From Eledone cirrhosa (taxonomy: Eukaryota), in the NCBI GenBank assembly GCA_964016885.1, contig OZ024742.1:350300001-350364000 (forward strand): 64,000 nucleotides of DNA. Reading direction: 5' to 3'. The notes beneath the pieces are model-generated. The model saw only the letters and a program-made list of their open reading frames with translations, was not told the DNA's origin and made no database searches. The first letter of the stretch is position 1. Each line of letters opens with the position of its first letter. A program made the position numbers and the translations under genes. Positions 16,501 through 31,570 of the stretch are shown in pieces.

Positions 16501-17200
16501 ATCACCGCCATCACCATCATCACCACCATCACCGTCACCACTACCACCACCATCAACACACCACCTTCACCACCATCACCACACCACCACCACCACCACC
16601 ACCATCATCGCCACTACCACCACCACCATCATCACCACCACCAACACCATCACCACCATCACCACGCCACCACCACCACCATCATCATAACACCACCACC
16701 ACCACCACCACCACCATAACCACCACCACCACCACCACCACCATACCACCACCATCACCACACCACCACCACCACCATCACCACACCACCACCACCACCA
16801 CCAACGATCATCACCACCAGCAACATCATCAAACTCCAATAGTAACACCAACCCCACATCATCATTACAATGACACCCAATGTCAAAAACACCATCACCA
16901 CCACCACCACCACCACCACACCACCACCACCACACCACCACACCACCACCACCACACCACCACCAACCCCACATCTTCATTACAATGACACCCAATGTCA
17001 ATAACACCACCACCACCACCACCACCACCACCACCACCACACCACCACCACCACCACACCACCACCACCACACCACCACCACCAGACCACCACCAACTCC
17101 ACATCTTAATTACAATGACACGCAATGTCAATAACAACACCAACATGAAACAATAGCAAAAACTCCAACAATAAGACCAGCCACCATCATCATCACAATC

Positions 17201-17240
<40 letters not shown>

Positions 17241-20200
17241 GCAACAGCTGCAACATCAACAGAAACAACAAAAACAACAGCAACAACAACGATGAGATAA
17301 AACTACAACAATAACAACAACAACACTAACAACATCACCACCAGTATCATCATCACAATCATTAACATCATCAACTACAACACCACCGCCACTAACACCA
17401 CCACCACCGCTCACACCACCAACACTACCACCACCACTACCACCACCGCCACCATCACTAACACCACCACGAACAACCCCACCACCACTAACCTTACCAC
17501 CACCACCACTACTAACGCCATCACTACCACCACCACTAACACCACCACCAACACCACCTCCACTAACACCATCACTACCACCACTAACACCACCACTAAC
17601 ACCACCACCATCACCACCACCTCCACTAACACCATCAATACCACCACCACAAACACCACCACCACCACTACTAACACTACCATCACCACTACTAACACCA
17701 CCATCACTACCACCACCACTAACACCACCACCTCCACTAACATCACCACCACCACCTCCAACACAACCACCACCAACAACAACAATTCCATTAACACCAT
17801 CACCCCCCCCCCCCCCCCACCACCACCACCAAGACCATCACTAGCACCACTAACACCATCACCATCACTAACACCACTAACACCATCACTACCACTAACA
17901 CCAACACCACCACCACCGCCACCTCCATTAACACCATCACTACCACCACTAACACCACCACTAACACCACCACCACCACCACCACCACCCCCTCCACTAA
18001 CACTAACAACACCACCACCACCACTAACGCCACCACCAACACTAACACCACCACCACCACTAACACCACCACTACCACCACCGCCACCATCACTACCACC
18101 ACCACGAACAACCCCACCATCACCACCACTAACACTAACACCACAACCACCACTAACACCACCACTAACACCAGCAGTAGCACCACCACTAGCACCACCA
18201 CTACCACCACCACTAACATAACCACTGCCACTAACACCACCACTACCACAAACACCACCACCACCGCTACCACTAACACCACCACTACCACCACCAACAC
18301 TACCACCACCACTACCACTAACACCACCACTACCACCAGCACCAGCACCACCACCACCAATACCACTAACACCACCACTACCATCAGCACGACCACCAGC
18401 ACCAGCACCACCACCACTACCTCTAACACCACCACTACAACCACCACTACCACCACCACTACCACTAACACCACCACTAACACCACCACCATTTCCACCA
18501 CCACCACCACCACCACCATTATCACCATCACCACAACTACCACTATGACCATCACTACCAACACTACCACCACCACCACTACAACACCACGACCACCTCT
18601 ACCACCACCACCACCACCACTACCACCACTATTACCACCACCACTACCACTGCCCCCACCCCCACCACGACTACCACCACCACCACTACCACCATCACCC
18701 CAACCACCACTACACCACCACTACCACCACCACCTCTACAACTAACACCACCACCACCACTACAACTAACACCACCATCATTACGACACACCACCACCAC
18801 TATCACTACCACCATCACCTACACACCACCACTACCACCACCACTATACACCACCCCCATCACCACCACCACTACAACTAACACCAACACCACCACCACT
18901 ACCAACATCACCACCACCCCCACTACCACCACTACCACCACCACCTCTACAACTAACACCACCACCACCACAACTACAACTAACACCACCATCACTACGA
19001 CACACCACCACCACCACCACCACCACTATCACCACCACTATCTCTACGACACACTACCACCACCACTATCACTACCAACAGCTCTACGACACACCACCAC
19101 CAATACTACCACCACTATCACTAACAGCATCTCTACGACACACCACCACCACCATCACTATCACCACCACAACCATCTCTACGACACACGACCACCACCA
19201 CCACCACCACCACCACAACCATCTCTATGACACACCACCACCACCACCACAACCATCTCTACAACCCCCCCCCCCCCCACCGCCACCACTATCAGTAACA
19301 CCATCTCTACGACACACCACAACCACCACCACCACTATACGTCTCACCAGCGCCACCATAACCATTAACACCACAGTAATTACTTCCTACCTCTACTATC
19401 ACCACCATCACTGACACCATCTCTACCACCAGAAACACAAAACACCACCACCACCATCACCAACATCACTATCACCACTATCACCAACATCCCTAACACC
19501 AACATCACTATCACCTACATCACTATCATCATTATCACCAACATCACTATCATCACCACCACCACCACCATCATCAACATCACTATCACCACTATCACCA
19601 ACATCACTATCACCAACATCACTATCACCTACATCACTATCACCAACATCACTATCACCTACATCACTATCACCAACATCACTATCACCTACATCACTAT
19701 CACCTACATCACTATCACCTACATCACTATCACCTACATCACTATCACCATCATCACTATCACCTACATCACTATCACCAACATCACTATCACCAACATC
19801 ACTATCACCATCATCACTATCACCAACATCACTATCACCAACATCACTATCACCTACATCACTATCACCTACATCACAATCACCAACATCACTATCACCA
19901 CTATCACCTACATCACTATCACCACTATCACCTACATCACTATCACCAACATCACTATCACCACTATCACCTACATCACTATCACCAACATCACTATCAC
20001 CACTATCACCTACATCACTATCACCACTATCACCTACATCACTATCACCAACATCACTATCACCACTATCACCTACATCACTATCACCACTATCACCTAC
20101 ATCACTATCACCTACATCACTATCACCAACATCACTATCACCACTATCACCTACATCACTATCACCACTATCACCTACATCACTATCACCAACATCACTA

Positions 20201-23200
20201 TCACCACTATCACCTACATCACTATCACCAACATCACTATCACCACTATCACCTACATCACTATGACCTACATCACTATCACCAACATCACTATCACCAC
20301 TATCACCTACATCACTATCACCACTATCACCTACATCTCTATCACCTACATCACTATCACCTACATCACAATCACCACTATCACCTACATCACTATCACC
20401 AACATCACTATCACCACTATCACCTACATCACTATCACCAACATCACTATCACCACTATCACCTACATCACTATCACCAACATCTCTATCACCAACATCA
20501 CTATCACCAACATCACTATCACCTACATCACTATCACCACTATCACCAACATCACTATCACCTACACCACTATCACCATCATCACTATCACCTACATCAC
20601 TATCACCAACATCACTATCACCTACATCACTATCACCACTATCACCAACATCACTATCACCTACACCACTATCACCATCATCACTATCACCAACATCACT
20701 ATCACCTACACCACTATCACCAACATCACTATCACCAACATCACTATCACCTACATCACTATCACCAACATCACTATCACCACTATCACCTACATCACTA
20801 TCACCACTATCACCATCATCACTATCACCTACACCACTATCACCAACATCACTATCACCTACACCACTATCACCAACATCACTATCACCTACACCACTAT
20901 CACCATCATCACTATCACTTACATCACTATCACCTACATCACTATCACCACTATCACCAACATCACTATCACCAACATCACTATCACCTACATCAGTATC
21001 ACCAACATCACTATCACCTACATCACTATCACCTACATCACTATCACCTACATCACTATCACCTACATCACTATCACCAACATCACTATCACCATCATCA
21101 CTATCACCAACATCACTATCACCAACATCACTATCACCAACATCACTATCACCACTATCACCTACATCACTATCACCAACATCACTATCACCAACATCAC
21201 TATCACCACTATCACCAACATCACTATCACCAACATCACTATCATCTACATCACCTACATCACTATCACCAACATCACTATCACCTACATCACTATCACC
21301 TACATCACTATCACCAACATCACTATCACCAACCTCCCTATCACCAATATCACCTACACCACTATCACCATCATCACTATCACCTACATCACTATCACCA
21401 ACATCACTATCACCTACATCACTATCACCACTATCACCATCATCACTATCACCAACATCACTATCACCACTATCACCTACACCACTATCACCTACATCAC
21501 TATCACCATCATCACTATCACCTACATCACTATCACCTACATCACTATCACAAACATCACTATCACCAACATCACTATCACCTACATCACTATCACCAAC
21601 ATCACTATCACCTACATCACTATCACCAACATCACTATCACCTACATCACTATCACCATCATCACTATCACAAACATCACTATCACAAACATCACTATCA
21701 CCAACATCACTATCACCTACATCACTATCACCAACATCACTATCACCTACATCACTATCACCACTATCACCTACACCACTATCACCAACATCACTATCAC
21801 CTACATACTATCACCAACATCACTATCACCTACATCACTATCACCACTATCACCTACACCACTATCACCATCATCACTATCACCTACATCACTATCACCA
21901 ACATCACTATCACCTACATCACTATCACCATCATCACTATCACCAACATCACTATCACCTACATCACTATCACCAACATCACTATCACCTACATCACTAT
22001 CACCAACACCATCGACAGTAAGATTACCATATCAACACCAAAAGTATCATACCATAAAAAATGCCCCACCAGTACTACAAACACTACTACCATTACTACT
22101 ACCACTACCACTACTACAAACACTACCACCACCACTACTACAAACACTACTACCATCACTACTACCTCTACCACTACTACAAACACTACCACCACCACTA
22201 CTACAAACACTACTACCATCACTACTACCACTACCACTACTTCAAACACTACCACCACCACTACTACAAACACTATTACCATCACTACTACCACTGCCAC
22301 TACCACTTCTACAAACACTACCACCATCACTACCACTACTACAAACACTACCACCACCACTACTACAAACACTACCATCACTACTACCACTACCACTACC
22401 ACTACTACAAACACTACCACCCTCTCTACCACTACTACAAACTACTACCACCACTACTACAAACACTACCACAACCACTACCACCACCACCACTACTACA
22501 AACACTACCACCATCACTACCACTAGCATCACTACCACTACTACAAACACTACCACAACCACTACTACAAACACTACCGTCACCATTACCACTACCACTA
22601 CCACCACTACTACAAACATCACTATATTAAACAGTACCTACACTATACCATCATGTCCATAAATACCACCACCACCATCACCACCACTACCACTACCACC
22701 ACTACCACTACCACCACCACCACCACCACTACCACGACCACCACTACCACCACCATTACCACCACTACCACTACTACCACCATCACCACCACTACCACCA
22801 CTACCACCACTACCACCACCACCACCACCACCACCACTACCACCACTATCACCATCACCACCACTACCACCACTAACACTACCACCACCACCACAACCAC
22901 AACCACCTCCACCACAACCACGACCACCCCTACTACCACCACCATCACCACCTTCACCACCACCACCACCACCACCACCACTACCACCACTACCACCACC
23001 ACCACCACCACAACCAACCTCCATCACAAACATCACAACTAACACATTAGTATCATAGACAATATACCACCACCACCGCCGGCAGTAGTACAATTACCAC
23101 CACCACCACCACCACCACCCCATCAGTACTTGCACCTCCATCACAACAACAGACATTACCATCATCAGAACTAATATTACTAAACGCATCCCCACTACCA

Positions 23201-23365
23201 ACAATTCTAATAAGACGACGACCACCAACACCACCACCACCATAACTACTACTACCACCACCTCCACCGTCACCACCACCGCCACCGCAGCCGCCACGGC
23301 CACGGCCACCGCCACCGCCACCGCCGCCACCACCAACATCACCCCCACCCCCACCACAAGCCCTA
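13150..23365. repeat. ~10 kb compound A/C-rich minisatellite and low-complexity block
   Basis: Successive arrays: ~36-39 bp TACTACCACCTCTAC..GACACC units (13.5-14.1 kb), 21-bp ACCACCACTAATACTACTATT units (14.2-16.0 kb), (CAC)n, (CAA)n, 15/9-bp ATCACTATCACC units (19.4-22.0 kb) and CTACAAACACTACC units; G is nearly absent on the + strand. Confidence 0.95.
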
Positions 23366-23495
23366 TAAACAATGCGTATCGTTACCATGGTTACGAATTA
23401 TGTTAAATGAAAAACAATAAAAACTGAAAAGAAGCGATATTGGCAAACAAAATTGCATTGTGTAAAAATTATTGTTTAGGCTTGTTTTAATTATT

Positions 23496-23526
<31 letters not shown>

Positions 23527-24049
23527 CCATCATCATCATTATAATCATCACCACCACTAGTATTTGTAGTAGTACCATCATCATCATAATTTTCATTTTC
23601 AGAGATAGTAATCTGTTTTATGAAAATATTAAATATCGATTTCTTTCCGGAGGCACAAGGCCAATATTGGCAGAGAAGGATGTTAGGTTGTATATAACAG
23701 TTTAATCGACCGCAGGATATTACTGCTGGCACCTACTACAATGAATGCCACATCTGTAACACTAAAGTACTTAGCTATGTACGTATAGCTTCATCTCTGC
23801 CTCCGACCCGACATCTTGCAAATGATGTTTATGATCCTTAAGACATCTCCGTCAAAAAGATGTTGATCATATTCTAAAAAAAAAAAAAAAATTCCACGAT
23901 AAACGGAACCCCTGGATGAAAAGGTGAAGGTCACCATATCTGAAATATAAGGGTGATCGCAACATTGACAAAGAAAGCCACTAAACCCGTCTTTGTTATG
24001 CTAGACACAGTTGTAACATAGAATGCCATGAAAATAGCAAACGTTAATT

Positions 24050-24364
24050 TCACGAGTAGGCTGTCCCATTCATAGAACAACTCATCGTCGAAACAAACGG
24101 AAGTCCATTCCACTGCTGTTTATGGATTCCTCTAAATAGTAAAGAGGCTTTAAACATAGGATTGTTGTTATTAAGATAATCAAACAACGAAGGATTTAAA
24201 AACACGAGATTGTTATTTGTGAGACTTGATCTAAATAGCTTGTTTAGAAACATGTAATTGTTGTTGTTGGCATAATCCAACTATGGAGGTATTTGTGGGG
24301 AGATCTTCCAAATAACAGAGCGTTTGGGAATCTAGGATTATTCTTTATGAAATGTGAAATGTTT
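24050..24364 (-). other. Candidate host-gene exon with Asn/Phe-rich internal repeats (frameshifted)
   Basis: Branch point CTAAT and TTTAATCTTTCAG acceptor at 24365-24385 on the minus strand; translated repeats NNPRFPNALLF, NNNYMFLNKLF, NNNLVFLNPSLF and NNNPMFKASLLF span two frames. Confidence 0.4.
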
Positions 24365-24644
24365 CTGAAAGATTAAAATTAGTAATAATACAATTCTTAA
24401 TAAATTCCTGACGATAGGATCAGGACGAGATTGTGTTTGAATCTTTTGGTATAGTATGAACCCGTAACACCAGAAGAAACCGTATGGACGTCATATTGGC
24501 ATGCGGTGTTTTCAGAGCATTTTAATACGTGGTGGAGTCTATCTCCTCTGAAGATCTGACAACGGCAGGTTTCTTCCAGAGAAGGATAGAAGGTAAGAGA
24601 TGGAAGTGAGAAAGAGATATAGAGGAGGAATGAACGCAAATACT

Positions 24645-24790
24645 AGACTGGTACTATTTTTATCGACCTCGAAAGGATGAAAGGTAAAGTTGACCTCGGT
24701 GGGATGTGAAATAAAAGAGCAGAGAGACGGAACGATTTTCACAAAGCATTCTATTCGACATTCTAACGACTTCGCCATTTCGCCACCTAT
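24645..24790 (-). mobile_element. tRNA-derived SINE
   Basis: ttatcgacctcgaaaggatgaaaggtaaagttgacctcgg body, with the head at the right end. Confidence 0.75.
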
Positions 24791-24955
24791 TTTGAAACCT
24801 GTAACGTTAAAACGTCAAAACTGTATTTCAAAATCAAACAGATATCTCATAGTAGCATTTCTATCAAGCCCTAAATGTATGTATTAAGTAATTGTTTTTG
24901 AATATTTTATAGATAATACTTGTGTCCACTATTGTTGTGTCTATTTAAGTTACCT

Positions 24956-25172
24956 TAACCCTTTAGCATTTACATTACCCTATATTTACTATTCTATTTT
25001 CATGATAAAGACTTTTACACACATAATTATCCCACATAATATCGAATCTATGAGATTTTGATGTTATTTATTTTGTGAACAATACCTTATCATAAGTACG
25101 AGCAGCCAGTTATAGCTGGTTTGAACAAAATGAGGTGAGTGAATTCTGGCCGAATATGGCCGGTTTAAATAC
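24956..25172. mobile_element. TTAA-CCC (piggyBac-like) MITE remnant
   Basis: Begins TTAACCCTTTAGCATTTA; ends in a degenerate GGCCGGTTTAAATACT. Confidence 0.4.
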
Positions 25173-25259
25173 TGTCATGCGCTCTAATGATTTTGCAAAG
25201 CCATCGCCTCTTATCTCATCTTATCTTGAAGCGATCGACAAGATCGGAAACCTCATTAA

Positions 25260-25456
25260 TTTACTAAGTAGGGTGGAACTCATCAAATCAGATCCAGGAA
25301 ACCATGTTTCCATTGGTCCTTCCATATTATCTACTAGTTGCAATTCTAGCAGAAAGAGTGACATGAAATAAAGTGTCTTGTTCAAGTCATAACTCATCGC
25401 CGGGTCCGAGAATGGAACTCGCAACCTCACGATTGCCAATCCAACTCTCTAACCCA
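25260..25456 (-). mobile_element. Second SINE family, degenerate
   Basis: tRNA-like head (gaactcgcaacctcacgattgc...ctctaacc) on the minus strand; similar to 40440-40690. Confidence 0.5.
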
Positions 25457-26279
25457 ACTTTACTCAACCGGTGATTCCCGAAACCCTAGGGTTCCGCGAG
25501 AAACAGTCATAAACATACTAATGCAATTTTGAGTAATTTTTATTTAATCTTATATTCGTTATTTTACTATACACGTAAGGCATATTGTTGGAAAGCCCTT
25601 GCTTATTATAATAAAGTCAACTATATAGAGATAAATATTAATAATAGTATTAAACAATTTTTATGAAGCGGTGTTCTGAGGCAGCAAATCTATTTCAAGG
25701 GTTTCACAAGGGTAAAACTGTTTGCAAACGCTGCTCTAACAAGCAAGCCACGCATATTCGCTGCACAACACAGAATATCAGAAATCAATATTATTTTACC
25801 AGTAAATACGAAAAAGCTTACAACTGTGTAAGGGACATATGTTATATGCGGGAAGTAAATTCATTTCAGCTGATATTCTACATTAAAAATCAAGACAGTC
25901 GTAAACCACCGCAAACTTGCCGAATGGAGATGGAGAATGAAGCTGTCAGTTTAATTGAACCTTCAGTACCTATATTAGATGAACGACAAGGTCGACCTTA
26001 CTATTATTTGAATTCAAAAGGTAATGAGGTGTAACAAAATTCTTCTTTCTGCATCATTAGGTGACTCCCTTGACCTCTTATATCTTGTCAGGGAATTTTC
26101 CGCGGGATTACAATGCATTTTTTTTCTCTTCCCCAACAATCATTTTGAACAAATATAATCGGATTAACCGATCAGATCGAACTCAATACTCGAAAGATAT
26201 TCCGAAAGGGTCAAAGGAAAACTTGATCTCAGTGGGATTCGAAGATAATACATGAGAGCACTTATTGTGGCTCCCTCTA

Positions 26280-26918
26280 CACTTTCTGATTTAGGCACAA
26301 GGCCAACAAATTTTGAGGAGGAGGAAGTCGATTAAATCAACCCCAGTGCATTACTAGTACTTTATTTTATTGAACCCGTAAGGATGAAAGGCAAAGCTCA
26401 CAGCACAAAAGGCCGTAACCCTATACCACAAAGCATGTTGACCGACGCTCTACCGATACTGCCAATCCACCACCCTATCATTTCTCCTAATAATCATTTC
26501 TACTTTAGTCATAAGGCCAGCAATTTGAAGAGGATGGGGAAACTCGATTAAATCGACCCCGGTGCATTGCTAAATGGATCGATTGGTAAATTCGGTAGAG
26601 CGTCGGAAATCTGGATGTGAACATTCAACCACAACGGGATCTCAATAAACATTACTGCGACATAGCTCAATACCGTAAACTATACTGTTCGACGCTCTAG
26701 CGAATCTACCAATCCATCTAAACTATTCAAATAATTGTTTCTACTTACATTTGGCACAAGGCCAGCAATTACACCAGTGCATTACCGGTACTTTATTTTA
26801 TCGACCCCGTAAGGATGAAAGGCAAAGGTAACCTCGGCAGGTTTGAACTTAGAACGCAAAGGGCCATAACTCTGTGATGCAAAGCGTGGTGTCTGACGCT
26901 CTGTCAATACTGCCAAAT
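26280..26918 (-). mobile_element. Cluster of SINE copies and fragments
   Basis: Copies at ~26280-26475, 26490-26570 and 26735-26915, plus inverted heads at 26575-26720. Confidence 0.8.
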
Positions 26919-26963
26919 TCTTACATTTATACAAATCCTGAAATTTTAGGAGAGGGATTAACT

Positions 26964-27814
26964 CAAAGATGGTGAACCTGCGGCTTTAATGCGGCCTATG
27001 CCATTCTGCGCGACCTTTTGAAAGAATTTAAAATTTCCAACAAATTAAAATTTGTTATTAATATGTTTTTGTCTATCTCTTATTATTTTAATCTAAACCA
27101 TGAGATGGACATATTTTAAATACCAAATAATAAAAGTTCATCCAAATAATCTACACTGACGGAATTAAAACCATTAGTAAATCATAACGTCCATTCCAGA
27201 AGTTTCTACGGCCATGTTTTAGTTCTAATGTGATTCTAGAATGTTCATTAAATCCTGATAAAATGGAGCTACTAACGCCCGAGGCTAGTTACCAAGACCC
27301 CACGGAGATTTAGCACGGCAGTGATTAAGAATATATAATTGTTTTCTTGAATGCGGCCTTATTATATAAGTAACTTAATGTCGCCTTATTATATTATAAG
27401 TAACTAGCGGAAAAATCACCCATTCGGTGGTTTTCTGCTTGTATGAGTAGTGTGCATTGATAGTATACGCAATATAAACGTTATGATATAAAGATGCAAA
27501 TATATGAACGTTTATATCAGCGTTATGATATAGCGTCTGTTATATCATAACCGGAAGTACTGACATTTGAAACTTTTAAAAGAAGTGAATCTTAAAATAA
27601 GCAATCGTTATATATAAGAATATTTATGTTTAATCAACAGCTACGAAATTTAGTGGATAAATTATGTTTATATTCATTCATTATTTATTCAAAGTAATCC
27701 GACTTATTTTATTAACCGGATAACAAATATATTCAGGACAAAGGCCCGCACTCCTCACTTTATTATACTACGATTTAATGTGGTCTTAAAACATGAAAAA
27801 GTTCCCCACCTTTG
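26964..27814. mobile_element. hAT-like MITE inserted in a SINE
   Basis: Imperfect TIRs CAAAGATGGTGAACCT / AAGTTCCCCACCTTTG, subterminal TTAATGCGGCC motifs, and a degenerate 8-bp TSD. Confidence 0.6.
27404..27619 (-). mobile_element. 216-bp non-autonomous mini-Helitron
   Basis: Minus strand begins TCTTATATATAA and ends CTAG|T, with a terminal hairpin (+ strand GCGGAAAAATCACC cattc GGTGGTTTTCTGC). Confidence 0.6.
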
Positions 27815-28309
27815 AATTAGTCGAATAAACATACTCGTTTACAGGCATATTTTTTTTTATCGATCCCGGTTTAATATACGGCAGAGTCCACCCCGGTAGG
27901 GTTTGAATTTAGTATATATAGCAAGGTAAATGCATAGAGCAAAGATATTTTATCCGTATTAGCTTCACGCCTTCAATATTAATTTCTAAGTCTCAAGGTC
28001 AGATTTTCTAGTCCCGAGACTTTAGTCAATGAAATCGATCAGTACGTCACAGGAAATTCATTTTATTGTCCAGGGCTGGATGAACAGCGAAGTTACCTCT
28101 GAAGGGATTTCCATTTAGAACGTAACGAGACAGTTGTAAGAAACTGTCAGGAGAGTTAAAGAGCAGAACATCTTTAGAAACACGCCTCTGGCAGTGTCTC
28201 GGCCCTAATTACACTGTACTATGTTATACAGTTGAAGGTTTCACCAGCCCTCTCAATAAACCTCACTTCAATAACACAATAACAACACCTGAAGAAAGAC
28301 ATATAGGAA

Positions 28310-28312
28310 GAG

Positions 28313-28358
<46 letters not shown>

Positions 28359-28596
28359 GTGTGTGTCTATATGTATACATATATGTATATATACATATAT
28401 ATATACATACATATATATATATACATATTCATACATACATATACATATATATATATATACATAGATATATATATATACATATACATATGCATACATATAT
28501 ATACAAATACATATATATATATATATGCACACACACATACATATATATATATATATTCATATGCATACATAAACATATATATATATATACATATAC

Positions 28597-28667
<71 letters not shown>

Positions 28668-28686
28668 GTCATATATATATATATAA

Positions 28687-28751
<65 letters not shown>

Positions 28752-28786
28752 GACATATATATATATAAATATACATATATATATAA

Positions 28787-28841
<55 letters not shown>

Positions 28842-28856
28842 GACATATATATATAA

Positions 28857-28904
<48 letters not shown>

Positions 28905-28925
28905 ACATATATATATACACATATG
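28310..28925. repeat. Compound (TA)n/(CA)n microsatellite
   Basis: Seen directly. Confidence 0.95.
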
Positions 28926-29242
28926 TAGACGGCAAAGAAAAAAAAGTAACTAATTACAGAAAATCGAAACAATGTATAACAACAAGAACAACAACAAAAA
29001 TACCAACAACATGAATAACAACAACAACAACGACACCAAGAACAACAACACAAACAACAACAAGAACAACAACACGAATAGCAACAAATAAATAAAAGTA
29101 GAGGTTATATAAAGTAGAAAGGAGGTAAAGGAGGAGAAGAAGAAAAAGAAAATATTTCTCGTCTGCTGTTTACTGTTTAATATTTTGTATTTGAAAACAC
29201 AATGTCGATAGAATTAAAATGTCTTGAGATTAAAAATATAAG

Positions 29243-29378
<136 letters not shown>

Positions 29379-29419
29379 CGAAACATAAGTCAATTGCATG
29401 AACTCATAATCCTTTATTT

Positions 29420-29475
29420 ACTGCTATATATATTTCGATGATAGCCATTGAGTAGCTATGACCTCATCAGGCAGT
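29420..29475 (-). ncRNA. Type I hammerhead ribozyme motif, family E
   Basis: Reverse complement ACTGC-CTGATGA-GGTCATAGCTA ctcaa TGGCTATCATC-GAAA-tatata-TA-GCAGT; perfect stem I, long stem II, palindromic stem III. Confidence 0.85.
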
Positions 29476-30352
29476 TAGTCAGTTCCTAGATATGCCAGCT
29501 CTGTGTTTATGGTGTTGATTGTATCAGAGCCTTGGGACATATGAGCTTGTTAGGAATAATTTAATGTTGTCAGCAGGAATAATCTTAATTCTCATTGGTC
29601 ACTTTGTAGATGCTAGTAGGGTTGGTATTTGACCTCAAAGAGGCAGGTGGTGTTGTAAAGTTCAAACCGTCAGGCAAGATGACAATAGTTCCATATGACT
29701 GATTTTCACAAAAAGCATTCCTGGTCAGATATATATTCAATTGGGGTTTATAGTATGAAATTCGATACTACAGGTCAATCTTAAATTGAGGAATTTATGT
29801 AGGGTGGTACTACTGAAAAAAAATATATATATATGAAAAATATGAAAACATGGCGTTCTGCGTGGTTGCAAATGGGTTACATATGAATAAATTTAGTCCT
29901 TCATCAGTGATCTTCCAGCCTTCATTGGTATTTCTTCGCTTTAAAGACCATATACCTCTGGCTGGTGCGAGCAACGGCTAAAGAAAGTCGTTGGGACACG
30001 TAAATAGGGGGAACGAGCGAGACAGTAAACAAACAAAGATGGTAATGCAACGAAAAATATATATATGGTGGAAAAGAGAGAGAGAGAAATGGGAGAGATA
30101 CATCAGAGAATGAGTGAGAAGGAGAGAGAGAGGAGCTGAGTGAGAAGGAGAGAGAGGCGGGCTAAGTGAGAAGGGGAGAGAGAGAGGGGCTGAGAGAGAG
30201 GAGAGAGGAATATGAGGGGGAGAAGAGGGATAGGAAAGAGAGAGTGGAGTGAAGAAAAGAGATAGATAGATAGATATATAGATAGAGTGTGAGAGAGAGA
30301 GAGGGGGGATAGAGAGAGAGTGAGAGAGAGAGAGTGAGAGAGAGAGAGAGAA

Positions 30353-30393
<41 letters not shown>

Positions 30394-30394
30394 A

Positions 30395-30445
<51 letters not shown>

Positions 30446-30851
30446 CTGAATCTAGTCTAAAAAGAGAGCGTTTAGGACAGGAAGATTTTTACTTTAAAAA
30501 GCAGAGATGTGTGTGGGTGGTTGTATGGGTATTTGTATGTGGATGTCTGTGTGTGTGGGCGTGTGGTGGTGGTGTGTGTGTGTGGAGGGGTGTGGTTGTG
30601 TACGAGGGTAGGCGTGTGGTGGGGGATGTGTGTGTAGGTGTATGTGTGTGGGTGGGTGTGTGGGTGGGGGTGGGGATGGTGGTGTAGGATGGGGGTGTGA
30701 GGTGGGGGAGATGTGAATATTTGAACAAGATGGAGACATTTGATGACATTGAAGAAGAACAAATATTATACAAATTTCCAACAAATAAATATTGAGCGAT
30801 AAATAAGCAAATCTATCTATCTGGCCATATATATATATATATATACCTATA

Positions 30852-30918
<67 letters not shown>

Positions 30919-31570
30919 TAGTCCTAGCTGATAAAACTAAAAATATTTATAGCCTAGATTATAACATTATAGAAAATTTATATAAAAGGTATTGTATAAA
31001 AAAATATAAGAAAACCACGTATAAAAATTTAGAAGACATAAATATTGAAGGCCTTAATGTTGTCAGTAAATTAAAACTTGAAGGGTATACTGAACCTTAT
31101 ACCTCTCACCTCTCCCTGATTTACTTTAAAAGATCATAAGGAAGAATTTAATAGCAATCCTAGAGTTCGATTAATATGTCCTTCTAAGTATGACATTGCT
31201 TTAATTAGTAAAAGGCTAAACCAAATTATCCCTGAAATCAAACAGAAAATACATTTCACCCTTTGGGGTAATACTATGGAAGTGATTGACTGCTTCTCTA
31301 ATATAGGTGATAGTAATTCTAATAGGTTTATTCAATTCGTAGTATACATCTATCTCTCCTATTTTATTGGATAAGGCTCTTATTATGGCCTTGGATAATA
31401 TTGACTTAACTAGATCCCAAGTAGATGTAATTCTTGCGGCACGTAAGTCTATCATCAAATTTGAAGATCAATTATGGACCCGTAAGAATACACTGGGTAA
31501 CTTTGATACCACTATGGCGCGTGATTCTGCACAGGTTACAGATGATATAAGAAGCTGCTTCTTATAATGC
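30919..31570 (+). pseudogene. Penelope-like (Naiad-type) RT N-terminal fragment
   Basis: LADKTKNIYSLD, LKDHKEEFNSNPRVRLICPSK, LAARKSII and FDTTMA.DSAQVTD; frameshifted; starts in (TA)n. Confidence 0.8.

Noticed and set aside
16850-17140. Three ~40-bp repeats (CACATC..ATTACAATGACAC.CAATGTCAA) with spacers, superficially CRISPR-like
   Set aside because: The spacers are (CAC)n, the context is eukaryotic and there are no cas genes; this is a degenerate tandem repeat.
14201-19038. Long poly-Val, poly-His and poly-Pro ORFs
   Set aside because: They are by-products of (ACC/ACT)n repeats, with no domain or splice support.
25663-26034. 123-aa ORF with exon-like boundaries
   Set aside because: It overlaps MITE and degenerate SINE sequence and has no recognisable motif.
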